Shown here: positions 9,603-18,230 of the stretch, piece after piece
Layout of the letters: each line of letters opens with the position of its first letter
Position numbering within the stretch: position 1 is the stretch's first letter
Assembly: GCF_000018785.1 (NCBI RefSeq)
Contig: NC_010163.1
Span: 1,464,993-1,496,992, forward strand
Reading direction: 5' to 3'
Length of the DNA stretch: 32,000 bases
From: Acholeplasma laidlawii PG-8A
GTDB lineage: Bacteria > Bacillota_I > Bacilli_A > Acholeplasmatales > Acholeplasmataceae
The notes under the pieces: model-generated
Databases searched by the model: none
What the model was told of the DNA's origin: nothing
The model's input: the letters and a program-made list of their open reading frames with translations, nothing else
Translations under genes and position numbers: made by a program

Positions 9603-10526
9603 TTAGTAATGAACACGTTTTTTACTTACGTATAAGTTCACAATTGTAAATACTAATATGATTAAGAATAGTATTACCGCACCTGCTGCACCTCTAGAAT
9701 AGTAAGATATACCATTTCCATCTAGACCATATTGGTTGATTTTGTCATAAACATAAGCAACCGATGTCCATCTTTCAGCTGGTAATCTAGCGCCAGTACC
9801 TGCAACCGCAAATACAGATTCATACGCTTTAAATGCACCAATGAATGAAGTAATTAAAATATAACTAATTAATGGTGATAATAAAGGGATTGTAATTCTT
9901 GTTAGTACTCTACGTTTAGGTGTACCATCAATTTTAGCTGCATCATAGTATTGTTTAGAAATATTTTGTAAACCACCGATAAATACTAAGATTTTAAATG
10001 GCAATGCACTCCAAATTGTATAAATTAATACTACAAACATCCAGTTATTATAAGTAGCTGTAGGCCCAATCCAGTCCGTTGTCATTTCAAATAATGTATT
10101 GATAAGACCTTCTGCAACCACACCTTGTGTTAATGGGTGTGAGAACATTACAGCGAATACCATACCAATAGCTAGTGTATTGGTTACATATGGAATGAAG
10201 AATATTGTTTGGAATATTCTTTGTAGTGGCTTAATTGAATTTAATGCTACAGCAATAAGTATTGCTAATATAGTTGAAATTGGAACCGATACAAAGACGA
10301 GTAACATCGTATTTTTTAAAGCACCAATGTAATATGGGTCTTTAAATAATGCCATGTATGCTGCAGCGTCAAAGTATGTACCAAAGTCATCAGCAATGGA
10401 GTTATAGCCGGAGAAAAATGATATTAAGACTGTCTTGATCAAAGGATAGAACGTAAACAGTGATAATAAGATCAACGGCAAGGCTATATACAACCACGCT
10501 TTATAATCTTTTTTATTTTCTAACAT
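9603..10526 (-). CDS. Carbohydrate ABC transporter permease (MalF/UgpA-like)
   Basis: Multi-TM protein with the EAA loop YYDAAKIDGTPKRRVLTRITIPLLSPLI. Confidence 0.92.
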   Translation of the reverse strand: MLENKKDYKAWLYIALPLILLSLFTFYPLIKTVLISFFSGYNSIADDFGTYFDAAAYMALFKDPYYIGALKNTMLLVFVSVPISTILAILIAVALNSIKPLQRIFQTIFFIPYVTNTLAIGMVFAVMFSHPLTQGVVAEGLINTLFEMTTDWIGPTATYNNWMFVVLIYTIWSALPFKILVFIGGLQNISKQYYDAAKIDGTPKRRVLTRITIPLLSPLISYILITSFIGAFKAYESVFAVAGTGARLPAERWTSVAYVYDKINQYGLDGNGISYYSRGAAGAVILFLIILVFTIVNLYVSKKRVHY

Positions 10527-12127
10527 TACGCTAATCTCCTACCACTAACCTTATCAAAAATATAAGTTTTATTTGGTTTAAGATTGAACTTAATTTCTTT
10601 CTTGTTTTTTAAGTCTAAATTTTCATTTGTTAAAATGATTCTCATAGATTCAGCTTGTAGGTTTTTATGTTTAGAAACTAATGCTAAGTCTCTACCAATG
10701 GTTTCTACGAATAGTGGTTCAACTGATAATGAACCATTATCTGATAGTTCATAACCTTCCGGTCTTACCCCTACAACCACTTCACCTTTAAGATCTTTAT
10801 CTAACTTCTTAGATTCGAAGACAACTTTTCCGTCAATTAAAACTTTTTGGTTTTCAATTGTTGCGTTATAAACACTAATAGGAGGTGTTCCTAAGAATTT
10901 AGCACTAAATAGATTACCTGGTTCGTTATAAACTTCTTGTGGAACTCCAGTTTGTTGTTCTTCACCGAAGTTCATCAACATAATTTCATCAGAAATTGAC
11001 ATTGCTTCTTCTTGGTCATGGGTAACGAATACGGTTGTAATACCAGTTTCTCTTTGGATACGTTTGATTTCTTCTCTTGTTTGAAGTCTTAATCTAGCGT
11101 CTAAGTTTGAAAGTGGTTCGTCAAGTAGTAAAACTTTAGGTTTTTTAACGAGTGCTCTAGCAATCGCAACACGTTGTTGTTGACCACCTGATAATTGAGC
11201 AGGTGTTTTATCTAGTTGATCTTCAATACCAACTAATTTCGCCATTGCTACAGCATCATCATTCATTTGTTTCTTGTAGTTGATTGCTTTAGCTTTTTTA
11301 ACAATACTTACAGACTTAGGAATGATTGTTTCAATTTCAACTTCATATTTAGCTTGAAATTCATTTTTATTTGTATAAGTTGAACTTAATTCTTTTTTAA
11401 TTGCTTTTGCTTTAGTTTCAAAGTCTTTTTCAACTTCGGCATAAGTTGTATTAATAATGTCTTTTAATTCTTTTAAATTTGCTGGTGTAATCTTAGCTTT
11501 TTCTTCTAAATATTTGTTCTCAAATTCTTTAATTTTAGCATTTAAGTCTAATTTAAGATTTGCTAAGTTATTTTTTAGCGCTTGTTTTAATTCTGGTGTT
11601 TTAACTTGTACTTCTTTAAATTCTTTTTCGAATGCTAGTTTAGCACTTTGGTATTGTGCTTTTAACTCAGATTCATGTCTTCTATATTTGTTTTTTAAAG
11701 ATTCTGATTTATCTTCATACTCATATAAAATTTTAGCTTCAGTTGGTGTTTCAATCAAATGTGCTTTCTTATATGCTTCTTCAATTGATCTCTTACGAAT
11801 GTTCATATTTTCTAAAGGAAATAGTATGTTCTTTCGTACAGTCATATGAGGATATAATGCATAGTTTTGGAAAACTAATCCAATACCTCTTTTTTCTGGT
11901 GATAATTCAGTAACGTCTTCGTCACCAAAAAAGATTCTACCTTCAGTTGGGTAAAGTAATCCGGAAATCATATATAATGTTGTTGATTTTCCACATCCTG
12001 ATGGACCTAGAAGACCAACTAGTTTGCCTGACGGAATCACAATATCTAAATTAGATACAGCTCTAGTTTCAGTCTTTGCTTTTAAATCTGTAAATACCTT
12101 GGTTAAACCCTCGAGTTTAATTTCCAT
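10526..12127 (-). CDS. Carbohydrate ABC transporter ATP-binding protein (MsmK/UgpC-like) with a ~165-aa coiled-coil insertion
   Basis: Walker [13 protein letters not shown], signature LSGGQQQR, Walker [13 protein letters not shown]. The track start at 12139 is GTG; ATG at 12127 has AAAGGAG about 11 nt upstream and is preferred. Stop overlaps the permease ATG (TAATG). Confidence 0.92.
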   Translation of the reverse strand: MEIKLEGLTKVFTDLKAKTETRAVSNLDIVIPSGKLVGLLGPSGCGKSTTLYMISGLLYPTEGRIFFGDEDVTELSPEKRGIGLVFQNYALYPHMTVRKNILFPLENMNIRKRSIEEAYKKAHLIETPTEAKILYEYEDKSESLKNKYRRHESELKAQYQSAKLAFEKEFKEVQVKTPELKQALKNNLANLKLDLNAKIKEFENKYLEEKAKITPANLKELKDIINTTYAEVEKDFETKAKAIKKELSSTYTNKNEFQAKYEVEIETIIPKSVSIVKKAKAINYKKQMNDDAVAMAKLVGIEDQLDKTPAQLSGGQQQRVAIARALVKKPKVLLLDEPLSNLDARLRLQTREEIKRIQRETGITTVFVTHDQEEAMSISDEIMLMNFGEEQQTGVPQEVYNEPGNLFSAKFLGTPPISVYNATIENQKVLIDGKVVFESKKLDKDLKGEVVVGVRPEGYELSDNGSLSVEPLFVETIGRDLALVSKHKNLQAESMRIILTNENLDLKNKKEIKFNLKPNKTYIFDKVSGRRLA

Positions 12128-12162
12128 TGTGTTGTACACTCCTTTTGATTTATAACAATATT

Positions 12163-12199
12163 AAAAAAAAGCAAAACTACACACCCGTGTGTTTTACGC
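12163..12199 (-). terminator. Intrinsic terminator/attenuator between leader ORF and ABC ATPase gene
   Basis: Minus strand reads GCGTAAAACACACGGGTGTGTAGTTTTGCTTTTTTTT; AAAACACAC pairs with GTGT(A)GTTTT, followed directly by eight Ts (12163-12170). Confidence 0.7.
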
Positions 12200-12287
12200 A
12201 ATAAATAGGTTTAGATAAAAAAATGAAGTCTGTTCGTGTTGTCTCATACATATTAGCATTCTTTGAAGCAGCACAATAAAATATCAT
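12177..12287 (-). CDS. Short 36-codon leader ORF (MIFYCAASKNANMYETTRTDFIFLSKPIYCVKHTGV)
   Basis: ATG at 12287 preceded by strong SD GGAGGT. Stop TAG at 12179-12177 lies in the terminator hairpin. Located just downstream of a consensus promoter. Not in the supplied track. Confidence 0.5.
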   Translation of the reverse strand: MIFYCAASKNANMYETTRTDFIFLSKPIYCVKHTGV

Positions 12288-12309
12288 TTTAATACCTCCG
12301 ACATTTGTT

Positions 12310-12338
12310 ATTATACTTCATACGCCAAATAATTTCAA
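12310..12338 (-). promoter_or_regulatory. Sigma-70-type promoter for the leader ORF / sugar ABC operon
   Basis: -35 TTGAAA (12338-12333), 17-bp spacer, -10 TATAAT (12315-12310). Confidence 0.75.
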
Positions 12339-12366
12339 GAATTCAAGACCTATTTGCGTAAACAAA

Positions 12367-12437
12367 GGGTATATTTTTTAGTCATATTTTTCCGGATTTT
12401 AGGTAAACGCTTACATCTTTGATGTAATAATATACCC
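12367..12437 (-). promoter_or_regulatory. Structured element upstream of the ABC promoter: 9-bp inverted repeat enclosing a nested hairpin and a LacI-like palindrome
   Basis: GGGTATATT (12367-12375) / AATATACCC (12429-12437) enclose GTAAACGCTTAC (12403-12414) and TTACATC-TTT-GATGTAA (12411-12427). Confidence 0.4.
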
Positions 12438-12582
12438 AATTGACTAAGTATTTATACTCATGTTTGAACACCCAAAGATCCAATAACCTATCCTTTATTG
12501 GGTTGAAGTGCCATAGATATTTATATTCGTTTTGTCCATGACTATTCATTGTATCACACTTTATATTTGTTGTATAGTAGAA

Positions 12583-12601
12583 AATGTAAAACGTTTACAT
12601 T
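12583..12601. promoter_or_regulatory. LacI/CcpA-like operator palindrome
   Basis: AATGTAAA-ACG-TTTACATT, perfect 8-bp arms. Confidence 0.5.
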
Positions 12602-12622
12602 CTTATCTATAAGGACATATAT

Positions 12623-13417
12623 TTAGATGACCAACAATAGGTAAGTTACAACCGAAATCGTAAGGACCATAATGAAATTTACAGTACTGTTATTAATAAA
12701 CTTTTTACCTGATATAAGTATAAATTGCTCAGTATTTGATATCATTTCCGCTATTTTTCCACTTTTTATGTCTTTGTATTTTGCTTGTAAAAAGACGCCT
12801 AAATAACTATCTAAAATACTTCCCAAAAACCCTGAAATTGTAATAATTACACTAAATTCTGTGAGTAAATTTAGACTAAATTCTTCTGTTAAAAAGTATA
12901 GTGCAGAAAACATTAAACTAATCACTAACGCGCCTAAAAATGAAGCAACTACACCAAGCATACTCACAGCACCGGATAGACCTTTTTCCATAGCCTTAAA
13001 GGTGAGTATAGAGTAGGTTTTACCTTTACTTAAACTACCAATTTCAGAAGCCCAAGTGTCGGCTGTGGATGCTGCAATAGCAACCACAGCGACAACAAGA
13101 TATGTTAAATCGTGTAAAAAATAATAGAGTGTTAAGAAAAATAAGGAAACGATAGAGTTAGAAATCACTTGAATATAGTCTCTACCATACTTTTCTTTTT
13201 CGTTTTTATTAAACTTTGAAATAATACTTGAACTAATAAAGAAGAAGATAAGTATACTCCAAGCAATAAAGGTTCCGAAAACATAAAATAGCATACCAAC
13301 GATACTCGCAGTGATAAAACCACTCACTGTCAGTGATCTTTTTTTATATGCAACAAATGCTACCGATAAACTTAGTAATAGACCGATGATGTATGGTACA
13401 AACATATGCTCATTCAT
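12623..13417 (-). CDS. DUF92 / VTE6-like membrane protein (candidate prenyl-phosphate kinase)
   Basis: Multi-TM protein with AASTADTWASEIG...SGFLGSILDSYLG, characteristic of DUF92/TMEM19/VTE6 family members. Confidence 0.75.
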   Translation of the reverse strand: MNEHMFVPYIIGLLLSLSVAFVAYKKRSLTVSGFITASIVGMLFYVFGTFIAWSILIFFFISSSIISKFNKNEKEKYGRDYIQVISNSIVSLFFLTLYYFLHDLTYLVVAVVAIAASTADTWASEIGSLSKGKTYSILTFKAMEKGLSGAVSMLGVVASFLGALVISLMFSALYFLTEEFSLNLLTEFSVIITISGFLGSILDSYLGVFLQAKYKDIKSGKIAEMISNTEQFILISGKKFINNSTVNFIMVLTISVVTYLLLVI

Positions 13418-13432
13418 GCTCCTTAGTGTACA

Positions 13433-14293
13433 TTACTTATAAATACTTAAAACAATTTCTTTTTTTCTTTCATCAGATACAACACTTCTGATGTTATAGA
13501 CATCATAGTTGTTTAATCTAATGGTATGAATAATTTCTTCATACATCTTGGATGCTAGTAAGAGTGGCTTTCTAGCATCTGGTTTAAATAGATGTAGTTT
13601 TTCTAATGCAATTTCATATTTCTTATGTGCATAGTTTGCAAGGTATTCAAACATTTGAGTGAATCCGTGATTGATAACACCTGTTTCTAAATCTTCTTGG
13701 GTGTAATTAAATTGCTGCATGACATCCTTGGGTATATAGATGCGGTTTCTTTTACGATCTTCACCAATATCTCTTAAGATATTTGTAATTTGCATCGCTT
13801 CCCCTAAATTTGTAGCTACATACTTTAATTCACCAATTGCCTCTTTAGGTGCTAGTACATAACTTAACATCTCACCTACAACACCCGCTACATGATAACA
13901 ATACTTTAGTAAATCATCAAGTGTTATGGGTTGTATAAACAAGAAGTCTTGTCTCTGGCCTTCAATTAAGTCGAAATATGGTTTAAAATCATAATCTTTA
14001 GGATAATAATACTTAATAACTTCATTTAGACTTCTGAAGATAAAATCCGTTGGTGGATTTCCTTTAATCATGTTCATTAATTTAGCTTCATAACTATTTA
14101 ATAAGTCAATATCTTTATATTCATCAATGGCATCATCAACAACTCTACAATAGGCATAAATTGCATAGATCGCTTGGCGATCTTGCTTGGCTTTTAGCAT
14201 ACTAAAAGCCTTATAAAAAGTTTTAGAGTTTTCTTTTATAATTGCTTCACACTTATTAAAATCTTCTTTGAGTTGTTTAGATAATTTCATCAT
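13433..14293 (-). CDS. Squalene/phytoene synthase family protein (CrtM/CrtB-like)
   Basis: SKTFYKAFSMLKAKQDRQAIYAIYAYCRVVDDAIDEY and MQITNILRDIGEDRKRNRIYIP, the Asp-rich motifs of head-to-head prenyl synthases. Confidence 0.93.
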   Translation of the reverse strand: MMKLSKQLKEDFNKCEAIIKENSKTFYKAFSMLKAKQDRQAIYAIYAYCRVVDDAIDEYKDIDLLNSYEAKLMNMIKGNPPTDFIFRSLNEVIKYYYPKDYDFKPYFDLIEGQRQDFLFIQPITLDDLLKYCYHVAGVVGEMLSYVLAPKEAIGELKYVATNLGEAMQITNILRDIGEDRKRNRIYIPKDVMQQFNYTQEDLETGVINHGFTQMFEYLANYAHKKYEIALEKLHLFKPDARKPLLLASKMYEEIIHTIRLNNYDVYNIRSVVSDERKKEIVLSIYK

Positions 14294-15780
14294 TATTTAA
14301 GATCCTTATGCAGTTCATTAACTGCTAATTTTGCACTATTTAAAACAATTGGAACTCCAGCACCTGGGTGATTACTACTACCAGCTGAATATAAATTCTT
14401 TAGATATCTAAATTTATTTTGTGGTCTATAGTAGTTGGATTGTAATAAGGTTGGACGAAGACCAAAGGTTGCACCAAATTGTAGATTGAATTTAGATTCG
14501 AAATCATTTGGACTATAGACCTTAAGATATTCTATATTATCTTTGATATCTTTAAATACTTCATGCTCAGACATCATATCTAATATTTTATTTTTATACG
14601 CCTCTACTGCTTTATCATCCCATTTTTCAGGACTATCTGATTTGTTAGGTACCGGTACTAGGACATACATAGCCTCTTTACCTTCTGGTGCCATGGAACT
14701 ATCAATACGACTTGGTGTGTATACATAGTATGATGGATCTTTAGGTGTATTACCTTCAAATATGTCATTAATGTTACCATTAAAGTCATTGGTAAAGAAG
14801 AATGTATGAGTTTTTAAGTCATAACGTTTTTTAGTACCTATGTATAGTATAAATGATGAAGAAGAATATAACATTTTATTGACTTTCTTTTCGCTATATT
14901 TTCCTTTGTTTTTCTTTTCTTTAATTAAATTGTTCATAACCCACGGGAAATCCGCATTGGTTAACACAGCATCATAGTTTTCAGTCACTTTACCATCAAC
15001 CTTTAATGCTTTAATTTGTTTTTTCTCAATAAGCAGTTCTTCTACACTTTGATTTAGTAAGATTTTTCCACCCATCTCTATAAATCTTTTCTCCATTGCT
15101 TTAGCCATACTGTACATTCCACCTTTAATATAATGAACACCGTATAGTAATTCAATCATTGGAATAATTGTATAAATTGATGGTCCATTATATGGTGATA
15201 TACCTATATATAGTGTTTGGAATGCTAAAGATTGTCTTAATTTTTCATTCTTAACAAATTTAGCAATAGATTTATAAGCTGAGCTAAAGGTTTTTAGTTT
15301 CAAACCTTGATAAAGCATTTTAGGGTTGTAAAAGTCGGTTGGTTTTCTAAAACTACGATCAATAAAGTGATTTTTAGCAACTAAATAGCGTTTATAAACG
15401 TCTGCTAAATAAGCTAAGTAACCTTGAGCATCTTCTTCACTAATCTTTTCGTTTTCTATCGTCATTTCAACTAAATCGTTGGTTGCGATTAAGTTTGTCT
15501 TGTCACGATATTTGATTTCAAACATCGGATCAAGACGTACCATATCAATATAGTCCTTATAATCTACACCACTAACTCTAAATACTTCTTTATAGATCTC
15601 TGGCATCATAACGATTGTTGGTCCTACATCAAATGTAAAACCTTCTTCTTTAATTTGATACATTCTTCCACCTACTTTTTCATTCTTTTCATAGATGGTT
15701 ACATCATATCCTAGTGCCTTAAGACGAATAGCTGAAGCTAAGCCTGCTGTTCCAGCACCAATTATAGCAACTTTTTTCAT
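14293..15780 (-). CDS. Phytoene/dehydrosqualene desaturase family protein (CrtI/CrtN-like)
   Basis: N-terminal VAIIGAGTAGLASAIRLKALGYDVTIYEKNEKVGGRM; C-terminal NLYSAGSSNHPGAGVPIVLNSAKLA. Confidence 0.93.
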   Translation of the reverse strand: MKKVAIIGAGTAGLASAIRLKALGYDVTIYEKNEKVGGRMYQIKEEGFTFDVGPTIVMMPEIYKEVFRVSGVDYKDYIDMVRLDPMFEIKYRDKTNLIATNDLVEMTIENEKISEEDAQGYLAYLADVYKRYLVAKNHFIDRSFRKPTDFYNPKMLYQGLKLKTFSSAYKSIAKFVKNEKLRQSLAFQTLYIGISPYNGPSIYTIIPMIELLYGVHYIKGGMYSMAKAMEKRFIEMGGKILLNQSVEELLIEKKQIKALKVDGKVTENYDAVLTNADFPWVMNNLIKEKKNKGKYSEKKVNKMLYSSSSFILYIGTKKRYDLKTHTFFFTNDFNGNINDIFEGNTPKDPSYYVYTPSRIDSSMAPEGKEAMYVLVPVPNKSDSPEKWDDKAVEAYKNKILDMMSEHEVFKDIKDNIEYLKVYSPNDFESKFNLQFGATFGLRPTLLQSNYYRPQNKFRYLKNLYSAGSSNHPGAGVPIVLNSAKLAVNELHKDLK

Positions 15781-15795
15781 TTCAAATCCTCTTTC

Positions 15796-16461
15796 TTAAA
15801 TCAATAGTAATACATAATACAAGAATGAAGTACCTAGTGGTACAGATAAGTTATCTAATCCTTTAGGTGTTATATATTCTGTTAGGGTTGCAAATACTGC
15901 AACTGCTAATGCAATCCAGAGTCTGGTTACACTATTTGAATAAATGATAATTAGGCTAGATGCAAGTAGTGATACAACAAACATTGTAACTACACCTACA
16001 ACTGTTTTACCATGTCCAATGTCTTTGGTACCATACTTTTTACCAAGTACAGCAGCAAGTCCATCACCATAGCCCATCAGCATAACACCTAATAAACCAA
16101 TATAGGCGTTACCTAGTACATAAAACGAGACAAATACGAGTATTGTAAGGGAAATTGGGTAATAAACTGTGCCTAAGTTTCCCTTACCATTACGTTCCAT
16201 AGACTTAATGAGATTCGTCTTATAAGATATATAGTTTAAGATAATAAATGATACGGGTGGAATTAAAGTAAAGAGTATATCGTTAGGATCTTGCATAAAG
16301 GTGAGGGCTATAAAATACCAATTCGATACACCAATATGAATAAATTTTCTACTACCTTCTTCACCAATGATTCCTTTTTTACTTAAGATAGTTGATAACC
16401 CAATCATTAAAGCAATAAAGCCGTATGATGATAATAAATAATAAAGAATATGCATAGACAC
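15796..16461 (-). CDS. Dolichol kinase/phytol kinase (VTE5/SEC59)-like membrane protein
   Basis: EGSRKFIHIGVSNWYF, MGYGDGLAAVLGKKYG, GHGKTVVGVVTMFVVSLLAS and TEYITPKGLDNLSVPLG match the prenol kinase/CDP-alcohol-type pattern. Confidence 0.8.
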   Translation of the reverse strand: MSMHILYYLLSSYGFIALMIGLSTILSKKGIIGEEGSRKFIHIGVSNWYFIALTFMQDPNDILFTLIPPVSFIILNYISYKTNLIKSMERNGKGNLGTVYYPISLTILVFVSFYVLGNAYIGLLGVMLMGYGDGLAAVLGKKYGTKDIGHGKTVVGVVTMFVVSLLASSLIIIYSNSVTRLWIALAVAVFATLTEYITPKGLDNLSVPLGTSFLYYVLLLI

Positions 16462-16464
16462 CTC

Positions 16465-17145
16465 TTATGATTTTTTTCTTAAGGTTAATACACCATCAAC
16501 GATGACATATACCTTATCACAATACTCTAATAAGCGTTCATCATGGGTTACCATGATAGTAGCTTTTTTCTGTGCTTTTGTTTCTCTTGCAAGTAGTTTA
16601 ATCACTTGAAATGCTTTGGTTGTATCTAAACTTGCAGTTGGTTCATCAGCAAAGATAACGTTTGGTTGGTGATACAACGCTTTAGCAATTGCAGCACGTT
16701 GACGTTCCCCACCTGATAATGCACTTGGATATTTATTTCTTAATTTATCGACATCTAACTTTTCAAATAACTCATTCATCCATTCGTTATTGACTTTAGT
16801 TTTAGTGATCTTGTTATACAAAACCATTTGTTCTTTAACTGTTAAGAATGGAATTAAGTTAGATGCTTGTAAGATAAAGCCAATTTGGTCTAATCTAATT
16901 TTTGATTTTTGATCATTAGTGAGTTCACTAAACGGTTTTCCGTTAATTAATACTTTACCAGTCGTTGGTTTTTGTAGTCCGCCAAGGATAGTTAAAAATG
17001 TAGATTTACCGGATCCAGAAGGTCCTATAATACCAATCAGTTCACCTTCATATGCTGTAAAGTTTGTTGGCTTTAATGCTGAAATTACATTATCACCCTG
17101 TAAAAAGTCCTTGGATACATTAATCATTTCAATGAGTGCTTTCAT
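16465..17145 (-). CDS. ABC transporter ATP-binding protein (LolD/HrtA-like)
   Basis: Walker A GPSGSGKST, LSGGERQRAAIAKAL, VIFADEPTASLD. Confidence 0.92.
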   Translation of the reverse strand: MKALIEMINVSKDFLQGDNVISALKPTNFTAYEGELIGIIGPSGSGKSTFLTILGGLQKPTTGKVLINGKPFSELTNDQKSKIRLDQIGFILQASNLIPFLTVKEQMVLYNKITKTKVNNEWMNELFEKLDVDKLRNKYPSALSGGERQRAAIAKALYHQPNVIFADEPTASLDTTKAFQVIKLLARETKAQKKATIMVTHDERLLEYCDKVYVIVDGVLTLRKKS

Positions 17146-17146
17146 A

Positions 17147-18217
17147 TTAGCCTCCTATAGCCTTTAATGGATCTATCTTAAGTACTGCACGTACTGAGAA
17201 GAGTGCACCTAAGAATCCAAATAAGAAAAATGCAACTGTGATCACACCGTAAAATAAGATGTTGATAGCAAAAGGTATGATATCACCTAAGAAGATACCA
17301 GATACAATGGTTAATATTAACCCAACAAATATACCAAATAAGACGAGTAAGAATGTTTGAGTAACCACAGAGTTTGCGATATAAAAATTAGAAATACCTT
17401 GAGCTTTCATCACACCAAACATTGGTGTTTTTTGAATGGTAAGTACATAAATAAAGATACCTAATACAAACGCTACAATGATAATTAAGAAAATAATCAT
17501 TGTACCAAAAGTTAAGACTTGTGCAGTATAACCTGGTAGTGTTGCAATATAGTCAGCTGTTGTGTATGTAGCTAACTTAGTATCTAAATTACCAGTTGAA
17601 CCTCGTACAATAATGCCACTATATAAATCCGGTGGTGTTTCTGTACTGTATCTATATTTTTGCCATGTTTCCATCGCCATATAGATTACAGGTGCTGTTT
17701 GATACGTACTTTTTGTAGAAAATCCAATGATTGTAAATACAGTATCAGTTCCTGATACAGCAATTGTACTTCCAATCTCATAACCTTCTTTTTTAAGTGA
17801 TTCATCTACAACAACTTCATTTTGTTGAATGGTTAAATTACTTGCCTCTGTAGGTTTTAAGAAAGAATCATTATCTATACCGAAAAAATATACATTTAAT
17901 CTTGAATCTACATTAGCTTCTGCATCCGGATTATTAATAACTGCTGGAAATAATCCAATTCTAGCTTTTGTTCCATCAACTTCTACAGATTCAAAATCAT
18001 TGTTTGTCATGAATGACATCATAATCGAATCATTAGAATCTACTGTAATAACAACCTCATCTGAACCCCATTTGTTCACTGCATTAGTATAAGACGATGC
18101 TAAACCATATGCGAGTGATGTTAAAAAGTATACTAAGTAACTAATTAATACAATCACAGAGATAATTAATGCGAATTTACCCTTGGTGTACTTTAATTCT
18201 TTTATTGCTAAAAACAT
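17147..18217 (-). CDS. FtsX-like ABC permease of the HrtB/DevC type
   Basis: FALIISVIVLISYLVYFLTSLAYGLA N-terminal TM, large extracytoplasmic domain, C-terminal TM bundle ending VLKIDPLKAIGG; adjacent to the cognate ATPase. Confidence 0.85.
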   Translation of the reverse strand: MFLAIKELKYTKGKFALIISVIVLISYLVYFLTSLAYGLASSYTNAVNKWGSDEVVITVDSNDSIMMSFMTNNDFESVEVDGTKARIGLFPAVINNPDAEANVDSRLNVYFFGIDNDSFLKPTEASNLTIQQNEVVVDESLKKEGYEIGSTIAVSGTDTVFTIIGFSTKSTYQTAPVIYMAMETWQKYRYSTETPPDLYSGIIVRGSTGNLDTKLATYTTADYIATLPGYTAQVLTFGTMIIFLIIIVAFVLGIFIYVLTIQKTPMFGVMKAQGISNFYIANSVVTQTFLLVLFGIFVGLILTIVSGIFLGDIIPFAINILFYGVITVAFFLFGFLGALFSVRAVLKIDPLKAIGG

Positions 18218-18230
18218 ATAAATTACCTCC

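Noticed and set aside
11457-11849. 130-aa ORF opposite the ATPase insertion
   Set aside because: Antisense frame; the coiled-coil (Lys/Glu/Ala-rich) coding sequence naturally yields an open Phe/Leu/Ser-rich complement.
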